A stretch of DNA of 64,000 nucleotides from an uncultured Nitrospiraceae bacterium (GTDB taxonomy: Bacteria > Nitrospirota > Nitrospiria > Nitrospirales > Nitrospiraceae), in NCBI GenBank assembly GCA_963706325.1, contig CAVPLT010000004.1, positions 672,001-736,000 of the forward strand. Reading direction: 5' to 3'. Shown here piece by piece: positions 20,263 through 30,615 of this stretch; position 1 is the stretch's first letter; every line of letters begins with the position of its first letter. The notes beneath the pieces are model-generated. The model was not told where the DNA came from. It ran no database searches and was given only the letters and a program-made list of their open reading frames with translations. The position numbers and the translations under genes are program-made.

Positions 20263-21450
20263 ATGCTTGGAAGAAAAGGCGATATGACTGATGAGGACCA
20301 GCACCTGCCTGCCCCGGACCTGCACGGCAAACTAAAAGAAGGGGAGGAGTATTTTCTTCGCGTGCTGGAGGGCGTGCAAGATTATGCCATCCTCATGCTC
20401 AGTCCCGAGGGCCGGATCTTGACCTGGAACGCAGGCGCCCAAGCGATGAAAGGGTACCGGGCACAGGACATCATCGGCCAGTCGTTCTCGCGCTTTTATA
20501 CCGAGGCCGATCTGCAGGCCCAAAAGCCCAGTAAGCTACTAAAGGTCGCGGCACGAGACGGCCGGGTATCCGATGAAGGCTGGCGAGTGCGCAAAGACGG
20601 ATCGCGCTTCTGGGCCTTTGTGGTGATTACCGCGTTCTATGACGAGACTGCCACAGTGCAGGGCTATGCGAAGATCACCCGCAATATGACCGAACCCCAC
20701 GAGACCATGCAACGCTTGGAAACGGCGAATCAGCGGCTGCGCGAGCTCGACGAGGCCAAATCGCTCACCATCTCCGTTGCCTCGCACGAGCTGCGTTCCC
20801 CCTTAACGTCGATCAAAGGATATGTGGAGAACCTCCTCGAAGGGGTCGCCGGGCCGTTGCCCGACAGGGTCCTGTACTATTTGACGCGCATCGATCACAA
20901 CGTCGATCGCGTGATCCGCATGACGAACATGTTGTTGGATCTCTCTCGGATTGAGTTGGGTCAGATGCCTGTGCAACTCGGCACGGTCTGTACGAAAGAG
21001 GTCATCACCAACGTGCTCCAAGATTTAAAGCCGCTCGCGGAAAAAAAGGCCATTACGGTGCAAGCGGAGGATCTGGTAGACGTGCCCGTGAGAGCCGACC
21101 GGCATAAATTAGAGCAGATCGTCTGTAACCTGGTTCATAACGCACTCAAATTCACCCCAGAGCGAGGGCACCTCATCATTCGATCCAATGTGACGACCGA
21201 CCACCGTCTCACGATTACCGTCGAGGATACCGGCTGTGGGATTCCACGCGAGTATCACGAAAAAGTCTTTGAGAAATTTCATCGCGCCCCCTCGCCGGTT
21301 CAAGAAGGCTCTGGCCTCGGCCTCGCGATTACCCGGAAGCTGGTCGAACTCCAAGGCGGCACCATCTCGCTCGAAAGCGAGCCGGGCCGCGGGAGCCGGT
21401 TCTGTGTGTCACTGCCTCAAGCCGTAGCGCAGCCTCACGCTCCCCACTAA
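20263..21450 (+). CDS. PAS sensor histidine kinase (start possibly 20284)
   Basis: PAS (WNAGA...RVRKDGSRFWA), H-box SHELRSPL, N/G boxes NALKFT, DTGCGI, GSGLGL. Confidence 0.95.
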   Translation: MLGRKGDMTDEDQHLPAPDLHGKLKEGEEYFLRVLEGVQDYAILMLSPEGRILTWNAGAQAMKGYRAQDIIGQSFSRFYTEADLQAQKPSKLLKVAARDGRVSDEGWRVRKDGSRFWAFVVITAFYDETATVQGYAKITRNMTEPHETMQRLETANQRLRELDEAKSLTISVASHELRSPLTSIKGYVENLLEGVAGPLPDRVLYYLTRIDHNVDRVIRMTNMLLDLSRIELGQMPVQLGTVCTKEVITNVLQDLKPLAEKKAITVQAEDLVDVPVRADRHKLEQIVCNLVHNALKFTPERGHLIIRSNVTTDHRLTITVEDTGCGIPREYHEKVFEKFHRAPSPVQEGSGLGLAITRKLVELQGGTISLESEPGRGSRFCVSLPQAVAQPHAPH

Positions 21451-22139
21451 ACGTCCACTCTCCCATTCCATCATCGCGAACGACTACAGTGATCGGCTTC
21501 TCGTCTGGCGCAATGCACTCTGCTGACTGGCAATTTGCTGCGGCGGATGTTACGGGGAAGATGCAAGGAGCTTGTGTCTGTATGGCACATGGTTGGAGAG
21601 GCTCCTAGACCGCTGATTGCCTATCAAGCACCAGCCTCAGAACGCGTGGCCAACGCAGCGATCTTTAGGTCTGGTGCAAGGTGGTGCCAGCTAATGGCTC
21701 GACCTGTGATTGGACAATTTGAAGGCAAAATAGGTAATCCAGGGGTTCACGACTGGGCACTCGCGCCACTACACCGGCTAGAGCCAAGGTTAGCCCTTCA
21801 CATCTCGGTGGCAGCATCGTACCAATCCCATTCTTTCTATCCCTATTTCCTAACACTAGGCTAACACCTACCCCCCTCATGGTCACTCCCTGCCACCCGC
21901 CATTGGTTTTGGTACCATCTGGGAAATGCGCGGTGAAAACAAAAGGGCGGGACGTTTCCAGCTTTGCCGCCGGTGGTTACTGCCTCGGGTGCCTGACATG
22001 CTCATGACAGGGAACATCCAGGCCCGTTGCGTCCTGCTTCCAACCGGGGGAGGTCCGGAAGTGCCCTGTGAAAACCTGCGCTTTTGGCCTTACCGAATGG
22101 GTAAGCGTTCAAAAGGGATGAGTGAGAGCGAGGCTAGCC

Positions 22140-22343
22140 ATGAATGAGCAGATATCCATGAGAAAGCTGTTAGGCGTTGCGGAAGGCGCACAGTACACAG
22201 GCCTCTCTATTCACACCGTCTATGCGATGGTAAGCCAGCGGCGTATCCCTTACGTGACGGTGGGGAGGCTGGTGAAGTTTGATGTACCCATGCTGGATGC
22301 CTGGATACAGAAGAACACGGTCATGCCGATGCCGCCTAGATGA
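22140..22343 (+). CDS. Excisionase-family HTH protein
   Basis: LLGVAEGAQYTGLSIHTVYAMVSQRRIPYVTVGRLVKFD...LDAWI. Confidence 0.9.
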   Translation: MNEQISMRKLLGVAEGAQYTGLSIHTVYAMVSQRRIPYVTVGRLVKFDVPMLDAWIQKNTVMPMPPR

Positions 22344-22629
22344 GCCTAGGAGTGGGGAAGTGGAAGTAGGCGGGGGGCCCCCTCGCCACCCATCCCTTCT
22401 CAATTCACATCAGGCTATTGCAGGAGATAAAAGGCCAAGACACACAGGGCAAAAACGAGGCTCGCAACCGCAAGCTTGAGGTACCAGAGGTTATTGTAGT
22501 CGGTCTTATTGAATGTATTGGTGTAGCGGTTGCGTTGGTTCATCCCATTGCACTCCTAGGACCATTGTACCGGACCGCTAGGCATAAGAGAAAGCCTCTG
22601 CCAGAGTGGTAGACGTAACGCTACCATCC

Positions 22630-22847
22630 TATTATTCACACACACCTAAAGGAGTGGCGCGAGAAGCGGGGGTTGTCCGTTCGCAAGCTGGGCGAACTGG
22701 CAGGCGTGCATTACGTCTCGATCGTCCGTATGGAATCCGGGAGACTTGACCGCCAGCTCACAACCGTTCCTCAAGCTGTGTGAGGCATTAGGCGTTACGC
22801 CCAATCAACTTTTAGGGGTGGCCACTAAGCCACGGAAAGGAAGGTAG
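22630..22847 (+). pseudogene. XRE-family HTH regulator pseudogene
   Basis: HLKEWREKRGLSVRKLGELAGVHYVSIVRMESG...[frameshift]LKLCEALGVTPNQLLG; no clear start. Confidence 0.75.
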
Positions 22848-22851
22848 TCCG

Positions 22852-23810
22852 ATGGGACTGACAAAACACAGGGACAGCTACTATGTGGAGTTTCCCGTGG
22901 ATGATGGCAAACTTTATCCCTTGCTATTGGCGGTGGGGGCGGACTCAAACGCTGGAAGGTCGGTTGTGTCAATAAGACGATGGCAAAGCAGCAGGAGGCG
23001 ATCATTAAGACGCAACTCCTGACTGCTCAACTCACAAGCCCTGCGAAGGCTCGTGCGGAATCGACCACCTTTAGGCAATGGGCACACCAGTATTTCCAAC
23101 TAGCCGAGGTAAAAAAATCAAAAGCTACCGCATGCGATGTGATTACGTTCGCAACTTGGTCAGTTTTTTTGGGCAATAATTCCCTTGGAGCCATTACGCC
23201 ACAAGACGTGCGCCTGTATCGGCAACAGCGTGTAGGGCCCAATGGTAGGCCCTTGGCGGTTCAAACCATCAACCACGATCACACTGCCTTAGTGCACATG
23301 CTCAATGTGGCCAAAAGCCCGCAATTTAGTCTGATTAAAGATAGTGGCCCGACGTAGACATGTCACGCAAGGAGTTTACGTTGCGGCACACGAAGAATGG
23401 AGAGACACGTACGCTGCCTATGACCCCAGATGTGTATAGAATCTTCACGGATCTATGGCAGGAGCGGAGACTAGACACTCAACGTGTCTTCCTGTACAAC
23501 GAAAAGCCGATCCGGGATGTGAAGACCGCCTTTCAGAAGGCGTGCCGTCGGGCGGGAATCACCAATTTCCGGCTTCACGATCTCCGGCACACGGCGAGTA
23601 CCAGTCTGAGGCGGCAGGGGTGGACGCAATGACTGCAATGAAGATCGTTGGGCACAAGTCAGAGCACATGCATAGGCGGTACAATACTGTGCAGCCTGAG
23701 GACCTTCGCCGGGCCGTCTCGCACTCGGCTTCGTATCAAACTAACACGGTAATAACACCAGGCTCGTTGTCGTATGGTGCTGAAAACCCAAGTGCTTGTT
23801 TTTCTAACGT

Positions 23811-23820
<10 letters not shown>
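22852..23820 (+). pseudogene. Tyrosine integrase pseudogene (frameshifts plus an internal deletion)
   Basis: MGLTKHRDSYYVEF..., TINHD, TKNG, FRLHDLRHT, IVGHKS..M..RY; the catalytic Arg-I region is missing. Confidence 0.9.
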
Positions 23821-23887
<67 letters not shown>

Positions 23888-24646
23888 AGTACTGAACATG
23901 TTACGAGGCAAACCGATCGAGTGGAATCGCCTGTGTAGAATCAGTGTAGAAAAGTCCGGGAGGGCGAATAGAAATGTCTAATGGCGAAGACACTCTGCGG
24001 GACATCATCGGTACATTTTCAGTAGTGATCGTGGATTAGCGAAGTATCTAGAGAGGAGCGGTGACAATTCACGCGCAGGCAGTTTGCTACCGTCCTAAGG
24101 GCTGGAAAAGCGCAAACAAATCACCGGACGGTCTAATGATACAAGCGATTCTTGAAAACATTGCTATAGACATGGGTGGTGAAAACGTCTCCTCATCGGA
24201 CAATTGACTTTTCCACCAGCACCCATCCTCCACGATCTGGTTCTATGAGCTGATCACAAACGTGGCAAAGGCCCGAACTATTCCGCCCACCTCTCATCGA
24301 TGTTCTGAATCTCTTCCACAGTAGGGCCTAATCGATCACAGGCGTCCTTAAATGCCTGTCCCGCTAGCTCAAGCGCTCGACGCTTGTGCGGTGCGGCCAG
24401 GGCTTGGATCACCGGCATGCCTGCCCCATGGCATCCGTCGCGGTCGTCATCTTTTCTGTCCCTTCTTGCAAGCCTAGGATGAGGGCTGGATTTGATCGGT
24501 TGAATCGCTCATAATCTCCTTTCTTGAGATAGGTAGTTACTCTGCCTAGTCACTCCATCGTGCCTCTCACCCCCCCTCACTTCCCTGCCTGCAAACTAGG
24601 GGTTGCCGTAGGTCACAATGCACCCCCATGAGCGCCAGAGTATCGA

Positions 24647-24829
24647 ATGCAACATGAACCGGTCACCACTCCGCCGCTGACGTTGCCTGAGCTCGAAGAC
24701 ATGTTGACCCGGTATGCCGAGAATGCCGACGTGTCTAAGGTCATTAGGGATGCCATGGAAAAGCGTCTCTCGGGTGTGAGGCCTGATGAGCACTATCCCA
24801 GTCACTCCATCCCCTCATGCGATGAATAA
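24647..24829 (+). CDS. 60-aa small protein, paralog of 2421..2570
   Basis: PLTLPELEDMLTRYAENADVSKVIRDAMEKRLS. Confidence 0.55.
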   Translation: MQHEPVTTPPLTLPELEDMLTRYAENADVSKVIRDAMEKRLSGVRPDEHYPSHSIPSCDE

Positions 24830-25334
24830 TGATAGGCATGCTAGCTCTTTTATGTCCCTGCTTCTCCATCGTCGCTCATCTTTTGTCTGACTGGTCCCGT
24901 CTGGATAGCAGCGACCTGAAGGGACCGTCCGATTTCCACGAAACCTTGAGACCTCGTGTTTTCGGGATCGAGCAATTACACACGCACACAGGCGTCGGCG
25001 AGCTGGCGCACCGCGGTACGAATCTCCTTACACACAGTTTGCATGTCCGCAATTAAGACCGGCGACACGTGCTCTTCGTCACCCTTTGATGTTGGTAAGT
25101 CACGCAATAGGCTCCTTACTGGTTGTGGGAAACACCCCCTCATAGGGGCCTGCAGGTGGACCTGCACGCGGTCATGGCTTTACGTTGTCAATCGGCGACA
25201 TGCTCAGAATAATCTCTTGATAAGGAGCACAACTTGAGGCCGGGAAAAGTTGAGAATTCCCACATAGAAAACCCACAAACTTTTCAAGCCTTTTCGAGTG
25301 CCCTGGACGTCTCGCAGAAGCCGCAGCGGCCAGC

Positions 25335-25705
25335 TGGGGCTTGCTGCCGAACCAATGACTGAAACTGCGTGGCTACGCAGATCTGCTGGTCAAGGCTCAC
25401 CCAAAGCACAGAGCCTTCTCGGCATTGCGTATGAGCAAGGCGCTGGTACGGAGCAAAGCGATGCAGAATCTCTTGCCTGGTACATGAAAGCTGTGAATGG
25501 CGGTAATGCCGACGCGCAAGGCAATGTTGGACGAATGTTTCCCCTCGTTTAGGTGCAGCAAGGCACGAAAAAAAGTGATTGAGCGGAACAAAAAGCAGCA
25601 GTGAACGGCAGCCTAATCGCGACACCTTACGAAATCTTCATTGCGAGCGGAAAGTGTCGAGCAAAACGATGCCGAGACCTACAAGTGGTTCTCAAAGCGC
25701 CTGAT
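25335..25705 (+). pseudogene. Sel1-repeat protein remnant
   Basis: WLRRSAGQGSPKAQSLLGIAYEQGAGTEQSDAESLAWYMKAVNGGNADAQ, then disrupted. Confidence 0.75.
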
Positions 25706-25843
25706 GAAATTAATTACGACTTCGAGGGGAGAGGAGTCGAAAACAACTACGCCAGGGCAGGGGAGCATACGATTCTTATCTGCTACGCTGTTGTATTTAG
25801 TTAGCTGGTATTTTAGCGATACACTTTACTATGCCCTTTGATT

Positions 25844-26743
25844 TCAGCCCGAAGTTTCCAATCGTTTTAATAACTGGCGCGAATTTTTAAGAGCATACCC
25901 CTCCCGATCATTGTTGAAATAAGCCCATACGTGCTTAGCTTTGCTCTGACGAATTTTCTTAGCCCACTCCTCCAATTCTTCATCGCGGTAGTCGTGGCGA
26001 TACCACTGCTTGGTACCATGAAACCGAACATAGATATCATCGGCTGTTTTGATTAAATCGTCAGGCAATCGAGGGCCGCTACAAGAGCAAAAGATTATAT
26101 TGTGTTCACGAAAGGCTTGATAAGCCTTTTCATTCCACCAGCTTTTATGACGAAATTCGACCACGTTCCGGCGAGTAGGGTCCAGCTGGCGCACAATCGA
26201 TTTCAAGCGTGCTGGAGTGTACTTAAAACTTGGAGGGAGCTGGAACAGGAAGCACCCCATGCGGGGGCCCAGAAGATCCGCTATCAACCCAAAATCACGG
26301 ATTAATTCCTGAGTGCCCTTGAAGCGTTTGATATGGGTAATGAGTTCACAAACTTTGACGGTGTAAGCAAAATTATTGTCGGCGGCTTGTCTTTCCCATA
26401 TTTTCACGGTCGCCAGCGTGGGCCAGGAGTAAAAGGGCGCATTAAGTTCAACGGTTTTGAACGTTCTCGCATAGTGTGAAAACCAAGCAGTTGTCGGAAG
26501 GTCTTGCGGATAAAATACTCTTCGCCAATGCCAATAAAACCAGCCTGAACATCCTATAAAGGATTTTTGGCCTCTTAATTGGGGCTTTTTATAGGCGATT
26601 TTATTGGCTTCATCATAAGCAACTCTCAACTCATGCATATTTGCAGCGTGTTTTATATTTGCAACACGTTGTTTTTCACGTCGCAATTCCCGCTTGGCTC
26701 TTCGTTCTTCTTTGGTGAGGACTGATTTTGTTTTGGTAGGCAC
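25844..26743 (-). CDS. DUF72 (YecE-like) protein
   Basis: IGCSGW.Y.HW...TVELNAPFY...LFQLPPSF...VEFRHKSW...YVRFHG...YFNND. Confidence 0.95.
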   Translation of the reverse strand: MPTKTKSVLTKEERRAKRELRREKQRVANIKHAANMHELRVAYDEANKIAYKKPQLRGQKSFIGCSGWFYWHWRRVFYPQDLPTTAWFSHYARTFKTVELNAPFYSWPTLATVKIWERQAADNNFAYTVKVCELITHIKRFKGTQELIRDFGLIADLLGPRMGCFLFQLPPSFKYTPARLKSIVRQLDPTRRNVVEFRHKSWWNEKAYQAFREHNIIFCSCSGPRLPDDLIKTADDIYVRFHGTKQWYRHDYRDEELEEWAKKIRQSKAKHVWAYFNNDREGYALKNSRQLLKRLETSG

Positions 26744-27058
26744 GCTTCACCCTGTGTTAGCCAGTTTTCTTCGCTTCCATCCCAGGTTTCATAACAACCT
26801 TCATACAGGCATCATTTTATCTCAGAAAGTTCTGTACATCTCAGCTCCCTTCCGTGCTCACTGTACGAGCAATTACAAACGACGGATCAATTGCATGTCC
26901 TGTTTCCTGTCCATTGAAACCAACAAACTCAGCGCCCTTGCAGCCCCTGCATTCCGGTACGTTTCGCATCGAGCCCTCACCGCCGGTGGACCCTAGTCAG
27001 AGAACTAGGGCCTCAGCTAGCTTGCCGCCATCGACCATCCTCCTCTAAGGTCAACAAT

Positions 27059-27346
27059 ATGAAACCTCAATCGACTGATCATCTCATTGCGGATACGCTC
27101 GCCATAGGAATGGAGATTCGACAGCATCTCGAAGATCGGCGCAGGCGACTGACGCCTTTGCAGATGGAGGCTTTAACGAATGCCGTCACTGCCATCCACA
27201 ATTATTTCATGTCCTGGAAGGCGCACGAATTAGCCTGTCGGGACACCATGTTGCTTCCCGACTCCACCGTTTCGCGAAGTGCCCATAGGGAAAATCCACG
27301 CGGTTCTGCGAGCTCTCCTCGAAAGCGCCGTTTAAAAGCTTTGTGA
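27059..27346 (+). CDS. Hypothetical protein
   Basis: AAGG RBS; preceded by a CTAG-N8-CTAG box. Confidence 0.55.
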   Translation: MKPQSTDHLIADTLAIGMEIRQHLEDRRRRLTPLQMEALTNAVTAIHNYFMSWKAHELACRDTMLLPDSTVSRSAHRENPRGSASSPRKRRLKAL

Positions 27347-28076
27347 AGCTGGAGTTGTAGCGAGATCCGTTGCCAGAGAGAGGCAATTCCGGATCAGGAA
27401 GATAGTGCTGAGGGGTGTATTATTCAGAAAGCCACTAATGGACGTTGACGAGAGGAGCCTCGCACACGATCCGAGGCGCGCTTCTGCCCACAGCGGAGGA
27501 AAAACCAACGCTCAAACTCCTGTTGAGCAAACATGGTGGCAGGCTTCGGTGCTGCCATTTGAAAGTCAGCGCTTTCATGGCGACTGCAGTCACTCCTCAC
27601 CGAGTGCTAGGAGACGATGGCAGGTGCTTGATATTCTAACTTTTTTTGTTCCACTCCAATCCTCTCATCGACTCACATCCGGATCTAACCCACCGTCCAA
27701 GGATCCATCCGCCTATAGCGCCAATCACCGCGCCCACTCCCACACCCACCCCAAAACCTAAAATAAGATTGGAGTGATCCACTCATAACCTCCTTGAAGG
27801 TACGTGCACGGCAATCAATGCTGTCTTTGCCGTGCAGGATAATTACAGGCAAACAGCGCAGCGGCTTCAGATTTCACGGGCTCGCGGCACCCACCCTCCG
27901 CGCACATCTAAAATAATGCCCCTCCCGGTCCTTGCCTAGCTAGGACATATCCTGGACATCATGGCGTGAAAAGCGTTGGAAAATAGGTGGGGAGAAGGTC
28001 ATTTCGGCACGTGGAGCGACTCCACCAAGGTAAAGCATTCGTTCGTCCTTTCAATGCAAGAAATCACTTGCTAAAT

Positions 28077-28565
28077 TTATGAACCGCGAACTGCCGCCTC
28101 GATTGCAGCGATGTCGATCTTTCCCATTTGCATCATCGCATCGAAAGAGCGTTTGGCGACGGCGGGATCGGAACTGGTGACCGCTTTTGTCAGCGCCACC
28201 GGCGTAATCTGCCAGGACAGTCCCCATTTGTCTTGGCACCAGCCGCACTCACTCTCCTCACCGCCATTCCCTACAATCGCGTTCCAGTAACGATCGGTTT
28301 CGGCTTGGTCGGTAGTTGCGATCTGAAATGAGAATGCTTGGTTATGCTTGAAGGCGGGTCCGCCATTGAGCCCGAGGCAGGGAATCCCCATCACGATAAA
28401 CTCGACCGTGAGTACATCCCCTTGCTTGCCGGAAGGGAAGTCTCCCGGTGCCGTATGTATCGCGCCAACAGATGAATCGGGAAAGGTCTCAGCATAAAAC
28501 CGCGCCGCGTCAACGGCGTCGCGATCATACCAGAGGCAAATCGTGTTCTTTGCTGGATTGGTCAT
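28077..28565 (-). CDS. VOC/PhnB-like (3-demethylubiquinone-9 methyltransferase family) protein
   Basis: CLWYD...LNGGP.FK...CGWCQDKWGLSWQI; AGGAGG RBS. Confidence 0.95.
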   Translation of the reverse strand: MTNPAKNTICLWYDRDAVDAARFYAETFPDSSVGAIHTAPGDFPSGKQGDVLTVEFIVMGIPCLGLNGGPAFKHNQAFSFQIATTDQAETDRYWNAIVGNGGEESECGWCQDKWGLSWQITPVALTKAVTSSDPAVAKRSFDAMMQMGKIDIAAIEAAVRGS

Positions 28566-28661
28566 ATTATTCCTCCTTTGGGTCCGCGAATGAACGTGAA
28601 TCAAGGCCAAATGATAGGGGGCAGTGACCCCTCAGATGCAATGCTAAGTAAGCACTCTCAA

Positions 28662-29069
28662 TCAACCATCTTTCTTTGTCGCCGCCGGAATGTCCGCGGG
28701 AAAATCCGACATTTCAAAGACCTGTCGAATCTCAATCACGTCGCCGTTCTGTGCCGGGCAGCGCTTCATCCAATCGACGACCTGTTGCTTCGATGCGGCT
28801 TGCAGCATCCAATAGCCGCCGACCACTTCCTTGGCTTCGACAAACGGGCCGTCCGTCACAGTGGACTTTCCTCCAGAAAATGCCAAGCGCGCACCGGTCG
28901 TCAGCGGTTGCAATCCGTCCAGCGAAAGGAGCGCGCCGGCCTTCTCCAGCTCATCGTTAAATGTGCCGATCTTCGCCATCATCTCTGCATCCGGCGTGAA
29001 ATGCGGATCCGTTTTCTGGCCGTTTTTCGGCTGGTACACCGCTGGAATCATAAAAACTAAGAATCGCAT
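28662..29069 (-). CDS. YciI/DGPF-family protein
   Basis: TDGPFVEAKEVVGGYW. Confidence 0.95.
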   Translation of the reverse strand: MRFLVFMIPAVYQPKNGQKTDPHFTPDAEMMAKIGTFNDELEKAGALLSLDGLQPLTTGARLAFSGGKSTVTDGPFVEAKEVVGGYWMLQAASKQQVVDWMKRCPAQNGDVIEIRQVFEMSDFPADIPAATKKDG

Positions 29070-29110
29070 ATGGTTTATCCTTTTGTTGGATTGTTGGAAT
29101 TTACCTATTA

Positions 29111-29136
29111 GTCGATGGAGGGCGCTGAAATCGACA
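29111..29136 (-). promoter_or_regulatory. ECF42-type promoter
   Basis: Minus strand TGTCGA-N16-CGAC just upstream of the DGPF gene. Confidence 0.75.
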
Positions 29137-29698
29137 TTGCGCAGACTAACGGAAAATTGGGAGGTTTCTACGGGGAGAGCAGGTTTCCGGGAGCATGAGA
29201 CCGTCTATCCCTAAGGGGATGTCATTGCTCAGTTCACAGCTGATCGAGCTTAAATAGAAGTATGACGTCAACTGCCGACTTTACTCCGCTTGACTCCCAA
29301 TTTTGCTCCCGATTCCCATTTATACGCAATCTCAATCAGATGCCCAGGCAGGACCAGTCTGATAATTCCGGCTATCGTCTTCGCAAAAGAACTCGCTGAG
29401 GATCGACGGTAGAGCGGGTGGTGCCTCGAGGATCGGCTGTTGAAGTGATGTAGTGCAGATGCGATGCAGGAGGTTCATGAAGTTCGTGCCCACGATTCCC
29501 CGCGATATGTCGGTGTGATATGGCACGGATGGGAATGATCAACTAGGGCAAACTCCAGATTGTCAGACCGTCCTACTCACCCTATAAGTACCAATAGTTA
29601 TCGGGATGTAGGACGACCAGGCATCGGTTGCGTCTATTTCTTTCTTCCTATTCTCAGCAGCGTCCAGCCAGAACCAATTGGCTTGTTTATCATCCAGC

Positions 29699-29902
29699 TC
29701 ATTGGGGCGGATTAATTGGCCCGCACCACTCCCCATCCCACGCGGATCCTTCGTGGTTGGTGCTACCCGGTCGAAATACAGATTGCACCTCGAATCTCGT
29801 GCCGTCCCGGGACAAACCGACGTGAACGGCCTCAGGCTCCATATTTCTCTCTCGGAACCAATACCAACCTTCGAGTGTTGGCTTTTGTAGAGTCCATTTC
29901 AT
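29699..29902 (-). CDS. Small Trp-rich phage-like protein
   Basis: MKWTLQKPTLEGWYWFR...GEWCGPINPP. Confidence 0.6.
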   Translation of the reverse strand: MKWTLQKPTLEGWYWFRERNMEPEAVHVGLSRDGTRFEVQSVFRPGSTNHEGSAWDGEWCGPINPPQ

Positions 29903-30558
29903 GCGGGCATGCTACCGTGAGCGGTGCATGAGGACAAGCAGACAATCCCTACGTAGCACCCTGGCGTGAAAAGGTTGTGAAATGAGTGAGGAAGAAGGGG
30001 GCGGAGTAGCCAACGCGTCCTCGTCTTTAACGTTTGGCGCTCGTCTCTCGAGGATCGTCGGGATAGGTGTGCGGGTTTTCCCGCTTTGTGCAGGTCAGCG
30101 TCTCTGTTTCAGAGAGGACGTTACCAACACCCTTAGGTGGAAGATGGCGTGTCAAAATTCCCGGTGGTTCGACACCTTCTTCTATGCATCCTGGGCAGAC
30201 ATCTTTTTCTTTCATAATCGCCCTTCCTTTATTAGGTTCATGCAGGTGCCAACTTCAACGGGGCGGCCCCACAGTCCCTCGGACGGCTCTACCGATGCGC
30301 GTCTCGAGAGGCCAGGAGTTCGTGTGGTCCGTAGCGACATGTGCTTGGTAGTCCAACCTTGGGAATGATAACCAGGGTCATCCATACAAGATTGCATCCC
30401 CAACCCGTTAACAGTTGACTCCCATCTGCTACCGTGGCCTATCTACGTTAATCCCACCCTAGCACACATCAACGCCCGGTATCCCCTTGTTCTAAGCCAC
30501 TTTTGCCGTTATCATTCTCACTCGTTCTTAATCACGGTGTCGTCCGAACGGTGTTTTA

Positions 30559-30596
30559 GGCTGAGGGTCGTTGGTTCGATTCCACCGGACGCACCA
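30559..30596 (+). mobile_element. Degenerate tRNA-Arg 3' duplicate (att site)
   Basis: GCTGAGGGTCGTTGGTTCGATTCCA-CCGGACGCACCA versus tRNA 23850-23887 (1 indel, 1 substitution). Confidence 0.9.
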
Positions 30597-30615
30597 TCAT
30601 CATCCTTTGCTAGCC

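Larger units (their letters stand above)
23888..30596. mobile_element. Decayed island of about 6.7 kb inserted in the tRNA-Arg 3' half
   Basis: Flanked by the tRNA and its degenerate 3' duplicate; GTGTAGAA direct repeats at 23933-23951; contains pseudogenes and AT-richer genes. Confidence 0.75.
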
